Shown here: positions 55,559 through 64,000 of the stretch, one piece after another | Numbering within the stretch: the stretch's first letter is position 1 | Layout of the letters: the number at the start of each line of letters is the position of its first letter | Origin: an uncultured Gemmatimonadales bacterium | Lineage (GTDB): Bacteria > Gemmatimonadota > Gemmatimonadetes > Longimicrobiales > RSA9 | DNA length: 64,000 nt | NCBI GenBank assembly: GCA_963708135.1 | Contig: OY970192.1 | Span: 1,440,001-1,504,000 of the forward strand | Reading direction: 5' to 3' | Position numbers and translations under genes: made by a program | Notes under the pieces: generated by a model | What the model was told of the DNA's origin: nothing | What the model saw: the letters and a program-made list of their open reading frames with translations, nothing else | Databases searched by the model: none

Positions 55559-56545
55559 ATGGCGACGACACCGGTCGAGCAGATGACTGCTTCTCCGCCG
55601 CGCCTCACGGAAGAGGTGCGGCGGGGCTTTGCCGTGCTGGTGCCCGCCTACAACGAGGCGGACAACATGCGTGAGCTCGTGGCGGAGCTGCGGGCCACGT
55701 TCGAGCGTTGGCAGCTCGAGGGCGAGGTGGTGCTGGTGGACGACGGCTCCACGGACGGGACGGCCGAGGCGGCGAGGCGGGAGGCGGCGGGGTGGAGCGG
55801 CTTCAAGGTGGTTTCGCACCGACGCAACTTCGGCAAGACGGAGGCGCTGCTCACGGGCGCGGAGGCGACGGACGCCGGGGTGCTCGTCCTCTTCGACGCG
55901 GATCTGCAGCATGGGACGGAGGAGATCCCACGCTTTCTGGCGCGCGTGGCGGAGGGGTGGGACATCGTGACGGGACGGAAGGTCGGGCGCTACGAGAAGC
56001 GGGGCGTTTCCCGGGTGTACAACTGGCTGAACCGGCGCATCTTCGAGGTGCCGGTCTCGGACCTGAACTCGATGAAGGCGTTCCGGCGCGAGGTGCTGGA
56101 TGAGGTGCACCTGCGCCACGACTGGCACCGCTTCTTCGTGGTGCTGGCTTACGCGCGCGGCTTCAGCGTGACGGAGCTGGACATCGCGCTCCTGCCGCGT
56201 CGCCACGGCGTGGCAAAGTACTCCGCCCGGAGCCGGATCGTGGTGGGTCTGCTGGACCTGGTGTCGGTGGCGTTCTTCCTGTTCTTCTCGCGCAAGCCGA
56301 TGCTGTTCTTTGGCGTGAGCGGGCTCTTCACCGTGGGGCTCGGGCTGGTGGTCGGGGTGACGACGATCGTGCTCCGCGTGCTGCACACCATGCCGCCGTT
56401 CGGCTACCGCCCGCTCCTCTACCTCGTGGTTCTCCTCGAGACGCTCGGCTTCCTGCTCTTCGGCTTTGGCTTCGTGGCCGAGCAGAGCGCCCAGCAGCAG
56501 GCCGAACTGGACGCGCTGCGTACCCGCCTGCTCAAGCGGAAGTAG
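55559..56545 (+). CDS. GT2 polyprenol-phosphate glycosyltransferase (ArnC/DPM1-like)
   Basis: PAYNE, VDDGSTDGT, RNFGK, DADLQ; two C-terminal TM helices. Confidence 0.88.
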   Translation: MATTPVEQMTASPPRLTEEVRRGFAVLVPAYNEADNMRELVAELRATFERWQLEGEVVLVDDGSTDGTAEAARREAAGWSGFKVVSHRRNFGKTEALLTGAEATDAGVLVLFDADLQHGTEEIPRFLARVAEGWDIVTGRKVGRYEKRGVSRVYNWLNRRIFEVPVSDLNSMKAFRREVLDEVHLRHDWHRFFVVLAYARGFSVTELDIALLPRRHGVAKYSARSRIVVGLLDLVSVAFFLFFSRKPMLFFGVSGLFTVGLGLVVGVTTIVLRVLHTMPPFGYRPLLYLVVLLETLGFLLFGFGFVAEQSAQQQAELDALRTRLLKRK

Positions 56546-56555
56546 CGCGAGCGCC

Positions 56556-57476
56556 ATGGCCAGCGAGCGACCGCTGTTCCCCGACGGCTACCCCCCGGCC
56601 GAGATCTTCGATCGGCTGGAGGAGGCGGCGCCGCTGCGGGAGATGCAGGGGTTCGCCGACCGCTTCCGCGAGGCGAATCCCGCGGCGCTGGCGCGCTACG
56701 CCCGCCAATGGGTGCCGGATCCGCTGCACCACTGGTCACGCCAATGGGAGTACCCGTACGTCTACGAGCGGCTGCGCGAGGAGCTCGGGGAGCGGTCCGC
56801 CGCGGCCGGCGGCGCGCGAATTCTCGACGCGGGGTCGGGCCTCACCTTTTTCCCGCATTTTCTGGCCGAGCGCCTCCCGCTCGCGCGGGTGGACTGCTGC
56901 GACCGGGATCCGCTCATCGAGGACGACGCCGCCCTGCTCCTGCCGCCGGCGAGCGCCGCCGTCGCCTACTCCACGCAGGACCTGTCGGCGCTCCGGTTCC
57001 CGGACGCGACCTTCGATGCCGTGTACTGCGTGTCCGTGCTGGAGCACAGCGACCGCAGGGAGGCGATCGCGGCGGAGTTCGCGCGCGTGCTGAAGCCGGG
57101 CGGACTGCTGGTGCTGACCATCGATGTGTCGCGGGATGGGCGTGCGGAGATCCCGCCGGAGGAGGCGGCCCGGCTGGTGGCGGAGGTCTCGGCGCGGTTC
57201 GACGCGGCGGGGGAGTACGGGGACGCGGTGCGGGGCGGGGAGCGGGGGGACGTGGCGACGACCGCGCACGCGTACGCGCTCGACCCCACGCTGCTGCCGT
57301 GGACCCCCGCCGGTGGGGAGGTGCTGCGGCGGCTGCTCCGGCCGTGGTCGTTCCCCTGGGTGCGGGCCATCCGGCGCGTGCTGCGCCGGAGCACCGGCGG
57401 GCCGGCGTACCCGGACCTCACGTTCTTCTGCATGGCGTGGCGGCGTGGCGGCGTGGCGGCGGAGGGCGGCGGGTGA
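56556..57476 (+). CDS. Class I SAM-dependent methyltransferase
   Basis: ILDAGSG, FDAVYCVSVLEH, RVLKPGG; SRQWEYP motif. Confidence 0.85.
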   Translation: MASERPLFPDGYPPAEIFDRLEEAAPLREMQGFADRFREANPAALARYARQWVPDPLHHWSRQWEYPYVYERLREELGERSAAAGGARILDAGSGLTFFPHFLAERLPLARVDCCDRDPLIEDDAALLLPPASAAVAYSTQDLSALRFPDATFDAVYCVSVLEHSDRREAIAAEFARVLKPGGLLVLTIDVSRDGRAEIPPEEAARLVAEVSARFDAAGEYGDAVRGGERGDVATTAHAYALDPTLLPWTPAGGEVLRRLLRPWSFPWVRAIRRVLRRSTGGPAYPDLTFFCMAWRRGGVAAEGGG

Positions 57477-58639
57477 GCCCGCGCGCGCTGGTGGTGGTCG
57501 GAACCCGGCCGGAGGGGATCAAGCTGGCGCCGGTGGTGCGGGGGCTGGAGGAGCGCGCGGCCGAGATCGAGACGCGGGTCGCGCTGACGGGGCAGCACAG
57601 CGAGCTGCTGGACCAGGTGCTGGACGTGTTCGGGGTCGCCGCGGCGTGGGACCTGGAGATCATGCGGGAGGGGCAGGACCTCTACGACGTGGCCCACCGC
57701 TGCCTGGACGGTCTCCGCGCAGTGGTGGCGGAATGGGCGCCGGACATCGTCCTCGTGCAGGGCGACACGGCGACGGTGTTCTTCGGGGCGCTCGTCGCCT
57801 TCTTCGAGAAGACGCGGGTGGGGCACGTGGAGGCGGGCCTGCGCAGCCGGGACAAGTGGCGGCCGTTCCCGGAGGAGATGCTCCGGCGCATGACGGGTGT
57901 GCTGGCGGACCTGCACTTCGCGCCGACCGCCGAGGCGCGCGAGAACCTGCTGGCGGAGGGCGTTCCGGGATCGTCGGTGTTCCTGACGGGCAACACCGTC
58001 GTGGACGCGCTCCAGGAGGTGGCCGGCGCGGCGGGAGCGCCCGTGGACGCGGAGCTCGGGCGCGCGCTCGAGGAGGGGGGCCGGGTGGTGCTGGTCACCG
58101 CGCACCGGCGCGAGTCGTTCGGCGCGCCGCTGCGGGAGGCGTTCGGCGCGATCCGGGAGGCGGCGGACCGCTTCCCGGACACGGTGTTCGTCTACCCCGT
58201 GCACCCGAATCCGGCCGTGCGCCGCGCGGCTTCCGAGGTGCTCTCCGGCCATCCGCGGATCCGTCTGACGGAGCCGCTCGCCTACAGGGACCTCGTGATC
58301 GCGCTGCGCAGCGCCGCGCTGGTGCTCACCGACTCGGGCGGGATCCAGGAGGAGGCGCCGAGCTTCGGCGTCCCGGTCCTCGTGCTGCGCGAGGTGACGG
58401 AGCGGCCCGAGGCGGTGCGCGCGGGGGCGGCCCGGCTGGTGGGCACGGATCGGGCGGCGATCCTCGCCGGGGTGGAGGCGGCGCTCGCGCCGGACGGCGC
58501 ATGGGCCCGTCAGCGGATCGTGAATCCCTACGGCGATGGCGCCGCCGGCCGGCGGATCGCGGACATCGTGGTGCACGCGCTGACGGGCGCGCCGCGGCGG
58601 ACGGAAGACTGGACGGGCCCGGAGGGTGCGCGGCCGTGA
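57473..58639 (+). CDS. wecB: UDP-N-acetylglucosamine 2-epimerase (non-hydrolysing)
   Basis: GTRPEGIK, TGQH, QGDT, HVEAGLRS, TDSGGIQEEA, NPYGDG. Confidence 0.94.
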   Translation: MSPRALVVVGTRPEGIKLAPVVRGLEERAAEIETRVALTGQHSELLDQVLDVFGVAAAWDLEIMREGQDLYDVAHRCLDGLRAVVAEWAPDIVLVQGDTATVFFGALVAFFEKTRVGHVEAGLRSRDKWRPFPEEMLRRMTGVLADLHFAPTAEARENLLAEGVPGSSVFLTGNTVVDALQEVAGAAGAPVDAELGRALEEGGRVVLVTAHRRESFGAPLREAFGAIREAADRFPDTVFVYPVHPNPAVRRAASEVLSGHPRIRLTEPLAYRDLVIALRSAALVLTDSGGIQEEAPSFGVPVLVLREVTERPEAVRAGAARLVGTDRAAILAGVEAALAPDGAWARQRIVNPYGDGAAGRRIADIVVHALTGAPRRTEDWTGPEGARP

Positions 58640-59757
58640 ACGTCCTGCAGCAGTGCATCTACTTCCCGCCGGAGGTAGGCGGCCTCGAGAGCCACGCCTA
58701 CTATCTGTGCCGGGAGCTCGTGCGACAGGGCGACGCGGTGACCATGCTGACGTCGCGCTCGATGCCGGGGACGCCCGCGGCGGAAGTGATGGACGGCGTG
58801 CGCGTGCGGCGGATGTGGTTCCCGGGGAAGAGCCCGGCGGGGTGGGTGCTGCACACGCTCTGGACGGTTCCGGCCTATCAGCGGCTGGCGGGGTGGGCGG
58901 ACGTGCTGCACGCGCAGACCTTCGCCTCCGCGGTGCCGGCACTCGTGGCCCGGCGACGACTCGGGAAGCCGGTGGTGCTGACGCTGCATACGTCGCATTT
59001 TCTCCGGCTGGCGAAGAGGCCGATGTGGCGGCCGGTCCTGGCGCGGATCATCCGCGGCGCGGATTGGCTCCTGGCGGCGAGCGAGGAAATCCGGGACGTG
59101 GCGCTGGACCTCTATCCGCATGCGCGGGCGGAAGCGCTGACGAACGGGGTGGATACGTCGGTGTTCCGGCCGGTCGAGCCGGCGTTGCGGCGGGAGGGTG
59201 GGCGGGCGCGGATCATCGTGCCGCGCCGGCTGTACCCGAAGAACGGCGTGGAGTCGCTGGTGCGGGCGGTGCCGCTGCTCGCGGCGCGACTGGACGTGGA
59301 GGCGGTGATCGTCGGGGACGGCCCGGAGCGAAGCCGGCTGGAAGCGCTCGCGCGCGAGCTGGGCGTGGAGGCGCGGATCCGCTTCCTGGGCGCGCGGCCG
59401 AACACGGAGCTGCCGGGGCTCCTCTGCTCGGGAGACGCGGCCGTGATCCCGTCGCTCATGGAGGCGACCAGCGTCGCGGCGCTCGAGGCAATGAGCTGCG
59501 AGCGGCCCGTGGCGGCATCGGCGGTGGGCGGGCTGCCCGAGATCGTGGATGAGGCGGTCGGGACGCTGTTCCGGCCGGCGGATCCGGCGGACCTGGCCGA
59601 GCGCGTGGCGGCGCTGCTCGCGGCGCCCGACCGGGCGGAGCGCGGGCGGGAGGCGCGGCGCCGGGTGGTGGAGCGCTGGAGCGTGGCGCGGCTGGCACGC
59701 CGGCACAGGGAGATCTACAGGACGCTGCTGGAGGAAAAGGCGGAGGCGCGGACGTGA
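58636..59757 (+). CDS. GT4 family glycosyltransferase
   Basis: PPEVGG, NGVD, GDGPER, EATSVAALEAM..GGLPE. Confidence 0.9.
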   Translation: MNVLQQCIYFPPEVGGLESHAYYLCRELVRQGDAVTMLTSRSMPGTPAAEVMDGVRVRRMWFPGKSPAGWVLHTLWTVPAYQRLAGWADVLHAQTFASAVPALVARRRLGKPVVLTLHTSHFLRLAKRPMWRPVLARIIRGADWLLAASEEIRDVALDLYPHARAEALTNGVDTSVFRPVEPALRREGGRARIIVPRRLYPKNGVESLVRAVPLLAARLDVEAVIVGDGPERSRLEALARELGVEARIRFLGARPNTELPGLLCSGDAAVIPSLMEATSVAALEAMSCERPVAASAVGGLPEIVDEAVGTLFRPADPADLAERVAALLAAPDRAERGREARRRVVERWSVARLARRHREIYRTLLEEKAEART

Positions 59758-62228
59758 CGAGGAGGCCGAAACGTGGGGCGGGCGGGCGGAGCACGCCGGC
59801 GAGCGCGCGGGGCGCGGAGGCGGAGCGGCCGCTGCCGGCGTGGCTGCCGCTCGTGGTATACGCGCTGCTGGTGGTCGTGCTGTTCCGCGCGTTCGTCTTC
59901 TCGGACCAGATGCTGTTCGGGACGGACACGCTCGCGCTGGGCTACTTCGCGCGCGACTTCTACCGGAACTTCGTCCTCTCGCTGCACCACTTCCCGCTCT
60001 GGGATCCCTACCTGTTCGGCGGGCTTCCATTCGTGGACGGGATGCACGGCGACATCTTCTATCCCACGACCGTGCTGCTCTTCCTGATGAAGACATCGCG
60101 GGCGCTGGGGTGGCGGCTCATCGTGCACATCTTCCTGGCCGGGATCTTCACCTACGGCTGGTTGCGCCAGATCGGGGCGAGGCGGGCGGGGGCGTTCTTC
60201 GCCGGCCTGGTCTACATGCTGGGCGCGCACCTGGTCAGCCTGATCTACCCGGGCGGCGACGGCAAGATCTTCAACGCCACGCTCATGCCCCTGCTGTTCT
60301 GGCTCACGGAGCGCGCGGCGGCGCGCCGCCGCTACGCGGACTTCGTGTTCCTGGCGCTCGGCGTGTCGCTCATGATCTACACGTCGCACATGCAGGTGGC
60401 GTACTTCGCCATCTGGGGGTTCTCGCTCTACTTCATCTTCCGGCTCGGGCAGATGTGGCGCGCGCAGCGCAGCCCACGCTCCGCGGCGCGGCTGCTTGCG
60501 CTCTTCGCGCTCTCCGGGCTGGTGGGCGCGGCGGCGTCGGCGGTGCAGCTCGTGCCACCGTACGTGTACCTGAACAGGAGCTCGCACCGCGCGGAAAAGA
60601 CGGTCGAGGCCGGCGCGACGCGCGGCTACGAGTACTCGACCTCCTGGTCGCTGCATCCGGAGGAGGCCGTCTCTCTCGTGGTGCCGGAGTTCGCCGGGAC
60701 GAGCGTCTCTACGCCCTCCTCACCCGAGAACACCTACTGGGGCCGCAACGCGTTCAAGCTGAACGCCGAGTACGCCGGCTTCATCCCGCTGCTGCTGATC
60801 CCGTTCGTGTTCTTCCGGCGCCGGCGCAGGGGCCGCGCCTGGTTCTTCATCGGCCTCGGCGTGCTCGCGCTCCTCTACGCGCTCGGAGACACGACGCCGT
60901 TCTTCCATCTGTTCTACGCGCTGGTCCCGGGGGTGAAGCTGTTCCGCGCGCCCTCCACGATCATCCCGCTCTACGCGCTGATGGTGGCCACGCTGGGCGG
61001 CCTCGGCCTCGACGCGCTGCTCGAGCGGGGCGGGGAGGAGGCGGCCGGCCGGGAGGGGACGGGCGGAACGGGAAGCCGCTATCTCTGGATCGCCGCGGGC
61101 GTGCTCCTCGTTCTCGCGCTGCTGTCCTCGGGCGATACCCTCGCGAAGGTCTGGATCGCGGCGTTCTACCGCGACATTCCGCCCGACAAGCTGCAGGCGC
61201 TGGAGGCGAACCTCCCGTCGATGCGGGCGGGCTTCTGGATCACGTTCGTCCTCGCCGCGGCGGTGGCCGGGGTGTGGGAGGCGATGCGGCGCGGGATGCT
61301 CGGGCGGCGGGCGGCGTTCGGGGTGATCGCGGTGCTGGGGCTGCTCGACGTATGGCGGGTGGACCCGCAGTTCATCGAGGTGATGGACCCGCAGCCGGTG
61401 TTCGGAGCGGACGACGTCGTCGCGTTCCTGAAGCAGCAGCAGACGAAGGGCGAGGTCTTCCGGGTGCTCGATGCGGGCGCGTACAGCCAGACGCCGGACT
61501 ACCTGGCCGACTACGGCATCGAGCAGATGGCCGGGCACCACGGCAACGAGATGGCCCGCTACCGGGACCTGATCGGCGGCACCGAGCTGCGCAACGTCTC
61601 CGCCTCCGGGCTGCGGCTGCTCAACCTGCTGAACGTTGCCTACCTGGTCGCGCCGCAGGAGGCGCGGCTGCCGCCCGGCTATACGGAGGCGTACAAGGGA
61701 AGCCGCGGGGCGGTGGTGTACCGCAACGACAACGCGCTGCCGCGAGCGTTCCTGGTGGACGCGACGCGCGTGGTGCCGGACTCGCAGGCGGTGGCGCGGC
61801 TGATCTCGGCCGACTTCGACTTCCGACGGGTGGCGCTGCTGCCGGCGCCGCCGCCGGCGGAGGTCTCGCTGCCGGCCGGGGCCCCGGCCGGCGGGCTGGT
61901 CGGAACGACGCACTGGCGGGCCCACGGCGTGAACGAGCAGACGGTCGAGGTGAGCGCCACGCGGCCGGCGCTGCTCGTGGTCACGGACAACTGGTACGAT
62001 GCCTGGCGGGCGACGGTGGACGGCGCACCCGCGCCCGTGCTCCGCGCAGATTACAGCTTCCGAGGGATCCCGGTTCCCGCGGGCGCGCACGTCGTCACGC
62101 TGCGCTACGTCTCGCCGATGCTCGTCGATGCGGCGTGGGTCTCGGTGCTGGTGCTGGCGGTGCTGGCGGTGCTGGCCGTGTGGAGCTGGCTGCGGCCGAC
62201 CGGCTGGCTGGCGCGGGAGCGGCCGTGA
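59754..62228 (+). CDS. YfhO-like (GT-C type) polytopic membrane protein
   Basis: PLWDPYLFGGLPF..FYP; many TM helices; C-terminal DNWYDAWRATVDG..ADYSFRGIPVPAGAH. Confidence 0.82.
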   Translation: MTRRPKRGAGGRSTPASARGAEAERPLPAWLPLVVYALLVVVLFRAFVFSDQMLFGTDTLALGYFARDFYRNFVLSLHHFPLWDPYLFGGLPFVDGMHGDIFYPTTVLLFLMKTSRALGWRLIVHIFLAGIFTYGWLRQIGARRAGAFFAGLVYMLGAHLVSLIYPGGDGKIFNATLMPLLFWLTERAAARRRYADFVFLALGVSLMIYTSHMQVAYFAIWGFSLYFIFRLGQMWRAQRSPRSAARLLALFALSGLVGAAASAVQLVPPYVYLNRSSHRAEKTVEAGATRGYEYSTSWSLHPEEAVSLVVPEFAGTSVSTPSSPENTYWGRNAFKLNAEYAGFIPLLLIPFVFFRRRRRGRAWFFIGLGVLALLYALGDTTPFFHLFYALVPGVKLFRAPSTIIPLYALMVATLGGLGLDALLERGGEEAAGREGTGGTGSRYLWIAAGVLLVLALLSSGDTLAKVWIAAFYRDIPPDKLQALEANLPSMRAGFWITFVLAAAVAGVWEAMRRGMLGRRAAFGVIAVLGLLDVWRVDPQFIEVMDPQPVFGADDVVAFLKQQQTKGEVFRVLDAGAYSQTPDYLADYGIEQMAGHHGNEMARYRDLIGGTELRNVSASGLRLLNLLNVAYLVAPQEARLPPGYTEAYKGSRGAVVYRNDNALPRAFLVDATRVVPDSQAVARLISADFDFRRVALLPAPPPAEVSLPAGAPAGGLVGTTHWRAHGVNEQTVEVSATRPALLVVTDNWYDAWRATVDGAPAPVLRADYSFRGIPVPAGAHVVTLRYVSPMLVDAAWVSVLVLAVLAVLAVWSWLRPTGWLARERP

Positions 62229-62944
62229 TGGAGAAGGCGCCGCTCACCGCCTACGATGTGCGGGATGAATACGACGAGGCGTACTACCGGCGCCTGTCGG
62301 AGAGCTACGAGAGCGAGAACCGCTTCTCGCGCCAGCGGATCCGCAACGTGCTCTCGCTGCTGCCGGAGCTGCGGGACAGGCGCCTGCTCGACATGGGTTG
62401 CGGGATGGGCACGTTCACGCTGGAGGCGGCCGAGCGAGGCGCGTGGACGCTCGGCCTCGACTTCACCGCGGCCGCGGTGCGGGAGGGGAAGCGGATCGGA
62501 GAGTCGCACGGGGTCGCCGGCGCCCGGTTCGTGCAGGGAGACGCGGCCGCGCTTCCGCTCCGCGATGGGAGCCTGGACGCGGTTGTGGCCGCGGACTTCA
62601 CGGAACACCTGGACGACGAGAGCCTGCGCCGGATCCTTGCCGAGACGGCGCGGGTGCTCGCGCCGGGCGGCACGCTCGTGCTCTACACCCCTTCGCCGTC
62701 CCACCTGCTCGAGCGGCTGCGCGAGCACCGGCTACTCCTGCAGCCCTACGGCTCCCACATCGGGATGCGGTCCGCGGCGGTGCTGGCGCGGGAGGTCGAG
62801 CGGGCGGGATTCTCGGTGCGCCGCGTCGCCTTCCTGCCGTCCCACCTCCCGGGGCTGAACCAGGTGGAGCGCCTCCTCGCCCGGTGGGTGCCGCTCCTGC
62901 GGCGCAGGATCGGCCTCGTGGCCAGCAAGCCGGGGCGACGTTGA
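62228..62944 (+). CDS. Class I SAM-dependent methyltransferase
   Basis: LLDMGCGMG, GDAAALP, EHL, RVLAPGG. Confidence 0.87.
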   Translation: MEKAPLTAYDVRDEYDEAYYRRLSESYESENRFSRQRIRNVLSLLPELRDRRLLDMGCGMGTFTLEAAERGAWTLGLDFTAAAVREGKRIGESHGVAGARFVQGDAAALPLRDGSLDAVVAADFTEHLDDESLRRILAETARVLAPGGTLVLYTPSPSHLLERLREHRLLLQPYGSHIGMRSAAVLAREVERAGFSVRRVAFLPSHLPGLNQVERLLARWVPLLRRRIGLVASKPGRR

Positions 62945-64000
62945 GGCCGGCGGGGCGCTGGCTGCTGCGGGCGGTCCAGCTCGCCGCGGTCGTGGTGCTG
63001 GGGTGGGCGCTATGGCGCCGCCTCGCGCCCGAGCTGGCGCAGCTGAAGCCCGAAGACCTCACCCGCTGGCGCCCGGCGATGCTGCCGCTGCTCCTCTCGT
63101 TCGGCCTGCTCGTGGTGGTCTACCTGCTGAACGCCTTTCTCTGGCGGCGGATCCTGCGCGACATCTCGGGCCGGGAAGCGAGCCCGCGGGCCACCGTGAA
63201 GATCTATTTCCTCTCGGGCCTCGGTCGCTACGTGCCCGGCAAAGTCTGGCTGGTGGCCAGCATGGTGTATCTGGCCGGAAAGGAAGACGTTCCGCCTCTG
63301 GCCGCCACGGCGTCGGCGGTGCTGGGGCAGATCGGCTTTCTCACCACGGGGCTGCTGTTCCTCGCCCTCACCTTGCCCAGCTACGGGGGCCTCGGCTCGG
63401 CGATCCTGGCCGCGCTCGCCGCCCTCGCCGCCCTCGTCGCGGGGATCTTCTTCCTCAGCGCGAGCGGGCCGGGCGCCCGGCTGCGCCACCTCGTGGCGCA
63501 CCACGTGGGCGAGAGGGCGGCGCGCGCCTTCGAGATCTTCGACCGGATCCGGCCCCGGACCGCGCTCGTATGGGGGCTCGGCTACCTGCTGGCCTGGGCG
63601 CTCCTGGGCCTCGCCTTCGCCACGTTCGTGGCCGCCTTCGTGCCCGTCACCACACGGGAGCTCCGCCTGCTCGGCGGCACGGTCGCCGCCTCCTACCTGG
63701 CCGGCTACCTCTTCCTCGTGGCGCCGGCCGGGATCGGCGTCCGCGAGGGGGTGATGACGGCGCTGCTGAGCGGCGTCATGCCCGCGCCGGCCGCGCTCGT
63801 CGTCGCCGTCGTCTCGCGCATCTGGTTCACCGCGGCGGAGATCCTGCCGCTGGCGCTGCTGCCGGTACTCCCGGCGGCCCGCGGTCGGGGTGGGGACGGA
63901 GATGGCGGGCCCGGTGACGGGGGCCAGGAGCCATGGCAGCCGCCGACTTCGGAAGCGGAGGGCCGCGCACCGGATGCCGCCGGTGCGCGGCGCGGTCCGG
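62941..64000 (+). CDS. Lysylphosphatidylglycerol-synthase TM / UPF0104 flippase-like membrane protein (runs off window; not in ORF track)
   Basis: TTG overlapping previous stop; open to window end; LGRYVPGKVW and APAGIGVREG motifs; multiple TM helices. Confidence 0.8.
   Translation, partial: MRPAGRWLLRAVQLAAVVVLGWALWRRLAPELAQLKPEDLTRWRPAMLPLLLSFGLLVVVYLLNAFLWRRILRDISGREASPRATVKIYFLSGLGRYVPGKVWLVASMVYLAGKEDVPPLAATASAVLGQIGFLTTGLLFLALTLPSYGGLGSAILAALAALAALVAGIFFLSASGPGARLRHLVAHHVGERAARAFEIFDRIRPRTALVWGLGYLLAWALLGLAFATFVAAFVPVTTRELRLLGGTVAASYLAGYLFLVAPAGIGVREGVMTALLSGVMPAPAALVVAVVSRIWFTAAEILPLALLPVLPAARGRGGDGDGGPGDGGQEPWQPPTSEAEGRAPDAAGARRGP

Noticed and set aside
59549..62227. 1131 aa ORF as a giant methyltransferase
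   Set aside because: Only 62228-62944 has methyltransferase motifs; the rest overlaps the YfhO-like gene in another frame

Overview
Very GC-rich, gene-dense bacterial chromosomal segment, almost entirely on the + strand (only dcd is on -). It is mostly core housekeeping DNA of a diderm, LPS-making, menaquinone-using respirer. Gene content and order suggest Gemmatimonadota/FCB group (inference, not checked by search). Order: end of an HU/IHF gene; ECF sigma, zinc anti-sigma and Spy/CpxP-like trio; moaD-moaE-moaA; mdh-sdhCAB; dcd; complete nuoA-N operon with fused nuoCD; PMM/PGM plus UPF0182; carbamate kinase-sucCD-(EIIA-CBS)-ndk; yceD-rpmF-plsX-fabHDG-acpP-fabF; mqnE-mqnC-ispF-dedA-xerD; trpG/pabA-like plus a putative outer-membrane protein; kdsB-pyrG-kdsA-kdsC-kdsD-lptC-lptA-like-lptB-rpoN; start of a surface-glycosylation cluster. 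I saw no tRNA, rRNA, CRISPR or mobile element. Most interesting oddities: a PTS-EIIA/CBS fusion between sucD and ndk; LptB with a ~157 aa extra N-terminal domain; a very large LptA-like protein with a 21-bp tandem repeat encoding D-S-T motifs; a Rex-type operator at the nuo promoter; several apparently leaderless promoters; motif deviations in PMM/PGM and MqnE. All calls are from motif reading by eye; start codons are best estimates.
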